A stretch of DNA of 57,216 nucleotides from Alphaproteobacteria bacterium (GTDB lineage Bacteria; Pseudomonadota; Alphaproteobacteria; JBCCNR01), in NCBI GenBank assembly GCA_047627635.1, contig JBLHTX010000001.1, positions 1 through 57,216 of the forward strand. Direction: 5' to 3'. The position numbers were made by a program, and so were the translations under genes. The notes below the pieces were generated by a model, which worked only from the letters and a program-made list of their open reading frames with translations, was not told the DNA's origin and did not search any database. Shown here in pieces: positions 54,649-57,216 of the stretch. How positions within the stretch are numbered: position 1 is the stretch's first letter; each line of letters begins with the position of its first letter.

Positions 54649-56007
54649 TTAAAGAACGATATTGAGATGTTCGAGATTTTTCTCAAGCCATTTAATATCA
54701 TAGTTCCCATCAAGAAAATCTTGATTTTCCATAAGCGCTTTGAATAATGGTAGCGTCGTATGAATGCCTTTACCATTAATCACAAATTCACGCAAGCACC
54801 GTGATAAACGCATTAATGCTTCGGGGCGATCCCGACCATGAACAATGAGTTTGCCAAGTAAGCTGTCATAATAAGGCGGAATTTTATAACCTGCATAAAT
54901 CCCCGAATCAACACGCACACCCAGACCACCAGGGGTATGGAAGCCCTCGATTGTACCAGGGGAGGGGACGAAGGTTTTTGGATTTTCTGCATTAATACGG
55001 CATTCAATCGCATGACCCTTAAACTTAATATCCTCTTGGGTAAAGGATAAGGGATAACCAGCGGCAACTAAAATTTGTTCACGGACTAAATCCATGCCTG
55101 TTACTTCTTCGGTAATAGGGTGCTCGACCTGAATACGTGTATTCATTTCAATGAAATAAAATTTGCCATCTTCATATAAAAACTCAATCGTTCCTGCACC
55201 GACATACCCCATATCACGCATAGCTTTGGCACATATTTCACCAATTTCTTGGCGAATTTGTGCGTTAATAACAGGAGAGGGTGCCTCTTCGACAACTTTT
55301 TGATGCCGTCTTTGGAGTGAACAATCACGCTCACCAAGATGAACAGCATTGCCGTGTTTATCGCCCATTACTTGAATTTCAATATGACGGGGTGCTGTTA
55401 AATATTTTTCAATATAAACCGAATCATCACTATAAAGCGCAGCAGCATCGCGTTTTGCATTTTTAAAGCCTGATTCAAGTTCGGCTTCTGTGAGCACAAC
55501 GTGCATACCACGACCGCCACCACCTGCAGCAGCTTTAATGATTACGGGATAGCCCATTTCACCAGTAACTTTTTGAGCATCCTCAAGGGTGTCAACGCCG
55601 CCTTCGGAGCCTGGAACTGTGGGAATATTAAGTTTGCGTGCGGTTATTTTAGCACTAATTTTATCGCCCATAATACGAATATGGTCAGCTTTTGGACCAA
55701 TTAAGGTAATGCCGTGCTCGTCGAGGATATCGGCAAAGGCCGCATTTTCGGATAAAAAACCATATCCTGGGTGAATAGCTTCGGCGCCCGTAATATCGCA
55801 GGCAGTCAGCAAAGCAGGGATATTCATATAGCTTTCTTTGGCGGCAGGTGGACCTACACAAATACTTTCATCGGCAAGGCGAACAAACATTGCATCATTA
55901 TCAGCGGTTGAATGCACAGCAACAGTAGCAATGCCAAGCTCGCGGCAGGCACGAATAACGCGCAGTGCAATTTCACCACGATTTGCGATTAAAACTTTTC
56001 TAAACAT
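54649..56007 (-). CDS. accC: Acetyl-CoA carboxylase, biotin carboxylase subunit
   Basis: 452 aa with KVLIANRGEIA, an ATP-grasp domain carrying GGGGRGM, and EMNTRIQVEHP. Confidence 0.98.
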   Translation of the reverse strand: MFRKVLIANRGEIALRVIRACRELGIATVAVHSTADNDAMFVRLADESICVGPPAAKESYMNIPALLTACDITGAEAIHPGYGFLSENAAFADILDEHGITLIGPKADHIRIMGDKISAKITARKLNIPTVPGSEGGVDTLEDAQKVTGEMGYPVIIKAAAGGGGRGMHVVLTEAELESGFKNAKRDAAALYSDDSVYIEKYLTAPRHIEIQVMGDKHGNAVHLGERDCSLQRRHQKVVEEAPSPVINAQIRQEIGEICAKAMRDMGYVGAGTIEFLYEDGKFYFIEMNTRIQVEHPITEEVTGMDLVREQILVAAGYPLSFTQEDIKFKGHAIECRINAENPKTFVPSPGTIEGFHTPGGLGVRVDSGIYAGYKIPPYYDSLLGKLIVHGRDRPEALMRLSRCLREFVINGKGIHTTLPLFKALMENQDFLDGNYDIKWLEKNLEHLNIVL

Positions 56008-56029
56008 TTTGGACTCATTTTCAGGTTAT

Positions 56030-56539
56030 TTAATCAATAATCACAAGAACTTGGTCAAATTCTACGGGTTCTTTGTCAGAAACTTTAATTGCTTTTATAA
56101 TGCCTGCTTTTGGGGCTGGAATATTGTTCATCACTTTCATGGCTTCAACAATCATAATGGTTTGTCCACGCTCGACGGTGTCACCAATTTTAACAAAGGG
56201 AGGTGTTTCTGGGTCTTGCGATAAATAAACTGTACCAACCATTGGTGACTTTACAGGCTCGCCTGAGATTGTTGCTGGCTCTGGGGCATTATTGGCTTGT
56301 AGGCCTGAATTTTGACCAGTATTTTGACCGTAGCCTTGTGTATTTTGCGGCATAGGTTGTTGCATTGGCTGTGCATATTGCGGCATTTGCATAGGCGTAT
56401 AAACAGTTTGTTTGATTTCTCGAGCAACACGCAATTTTGATTTATCATGTTCAATTTCGATCTCGGTTAAATCACAATCCGATAGCATTTTTGCTAAATC
56501 TTGAATAAATTCTTTGTTAAATGGTTGCGACGGTGACAT
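56030..56539 (-). CDS. accB: Acetyl-CoA carboxylase, biotin carboxyl carrier protein
   Basis: 169 aa from the ATG at 56539, with a Pro/Gln-rich linker and the biotinylation motif EAMKVMN. Confidence 0.95.
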   Translation of the reverse strand: MSPSQPFNKEFIQDLAKMLSDCDLTEIEIEHDKSKLRVAREIKQTVYTPMQMPQYAQPMQQPMPQNTQGYGQNTGQNSGLQANNAPEPATISGEPVKSPMVGTVYLSQDPETPPFVKIGDTVERGQTIMIVEAMKVMNNIPAPKAGIIKAIKVSDKEPVEFDQVLVIID

Positions 56540-56667
56540 TGAAAACCCCTTGGTGAACGCCTTTTTTTGACGATGTTTATGAAAAATCCTAGCAAATATA
56601 ACGGTTTGAATAACCAAAATTCAAAACCAATATGAACTTATATCTTTTTTTTCTAATTATCAACCAA

Positions 56668-57216
56668 TCAAAGCGATATAATTTGAATTTTTTGCATTAA
56701 TTCATTTGCCAATGCAGGTGCAATTGTCCAACCATGACGATAAAGACCATTTAAATAGTAAATCCCCTGCTTCTCAATGATTTGCGGTTTATTATCGGCA
56801 AAAGCTGGACGATACCCTACATTCATCTCGATGATTTCGGCCTCGCCAAATGCGGGATGTATATTAAAGGCCTGCGTTAATAAAGTGCCTGCTGATTGCA
56901 CAGATATAAAATTATGATGAGATTGCCCTTGTGTTTCAATTGTTGTTGCCCCAATCATATAATGATTATCGGGGCGGGGTACAATATATATAGGGTGATG
57001 GGGGTGCAATAAACGCACAGGACGCGTAAGGGTTAAATCGGGGCATTTAACAATAATCATCTCGCCCTTGACGCTTCTCAAGCTTGTAAGGTCTTGCTGC
57101 CCCCATAATCCCGTTGTGTGAATTGTGATTGTATTGGGCATTGGTGCGGTAATTTTGGTATTAAAATGAATCTCAATACCAAGCCCTTGACAATAATCAC
57201 GCAAGGCGGTTAAGCA
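56668..57216 (-). CDS. thiO: FAD-dependent oxidoreductase, glycine oxidase ThiO-like (C-terminal part; the 5' end lies beyond the window)
   Basis: The frame stays open to the window edge (549 nt, 183 codons). The C-terminus GLYRHGWTIAPALANEL is typical of ThiO/DAO family members. Confidence 0.6.
   Translation of the reverse strand, partial: CLTALRDYCQGLGIEIHFNTKITAPMPNTITIHTTGLWGQQDLTSLRSVKGEMIIVKCPDLTLTRPVRLLHPHHPIYIVPRPDNHYMIGATTIETQGQSHHNFISVQSAGTLLTQAFNIHPAFGEAEIIEMNVGYRPAFADNKPQIIEKQGIYYLNGLYRHGWTIAPALANELMQKIQIISL

Overview
The window is an AT-rich, densely packed (about 58 genes) chromosomal segment. It looks alphaproteobacterial, probably from a reduced or host-associated lineage. 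That lineage call is an inference from gene content and order: hemA-type 5-aminolevulinate synthase, lpxI instead of lpxH, an NDUFA9-like SDR, a HIG1-like twin-TM protein, an MPP-like M16 peptidase, alpha-type serC, and the rpsB'-tsf-pyrH-frr-uppS-cdsA-dxr-rseP-bamA-lpxD-fabZ-lpxA-lpxI-lpxB array.

Recognisable housekeeping genes:
- translation and envelope block, nt 1-13093
- lepA, glmM, hemA, ampD, uppP
- leuB, class I fba, PduO-type adenosyltransferase, an ABC-F ATPase
- serC-serA, a LysM/M23 lipoprotein, accB-accC plus an M16 peptidase, and a partial thiO-like gene
- one tRNA-Arg(ACG)

I found no rRNA, CRISPR array, transposase, integrase or prophage genes.

Accessory or unusual content, in order of my interest:
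1. A type-I-secretion-like ABC/HlyD/TolC operon (42833-46983) whose ABC protein has lost Walker A, Q-loop, signature, Walker B and H-loop. A convergent gene beside it encodes a membrane-anchored acidic low-complexity protein.
2. An orphan mer-like metal-handling module (13128-14816): a small Cys/His protein, a small outer-membrane-barrel-like protein, a MerP-like protein and a MerT-like protein. The window contains no merA or merR.
3. A 3.1-kb island of unmatched ORFs (16726-19825), with a (GT)6 tract that sets the reading frame at one gene start.
4. An ExeA/GspA-like AAA+ protein with ablated Walker A and B motifs (30083-31132).
5. A Zur regulon: zur-selO, then a perfect 28-bp palindromic Zur box upstream of a COG0523 GTPase and a DUF1826-like gene.
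6. A triplicated start-codon region in front of hemA that creates two decoy mini-ORFs.
7. Several micro- and minisatellites.

All family assignments come from reading motifs by eye. No database search was run.
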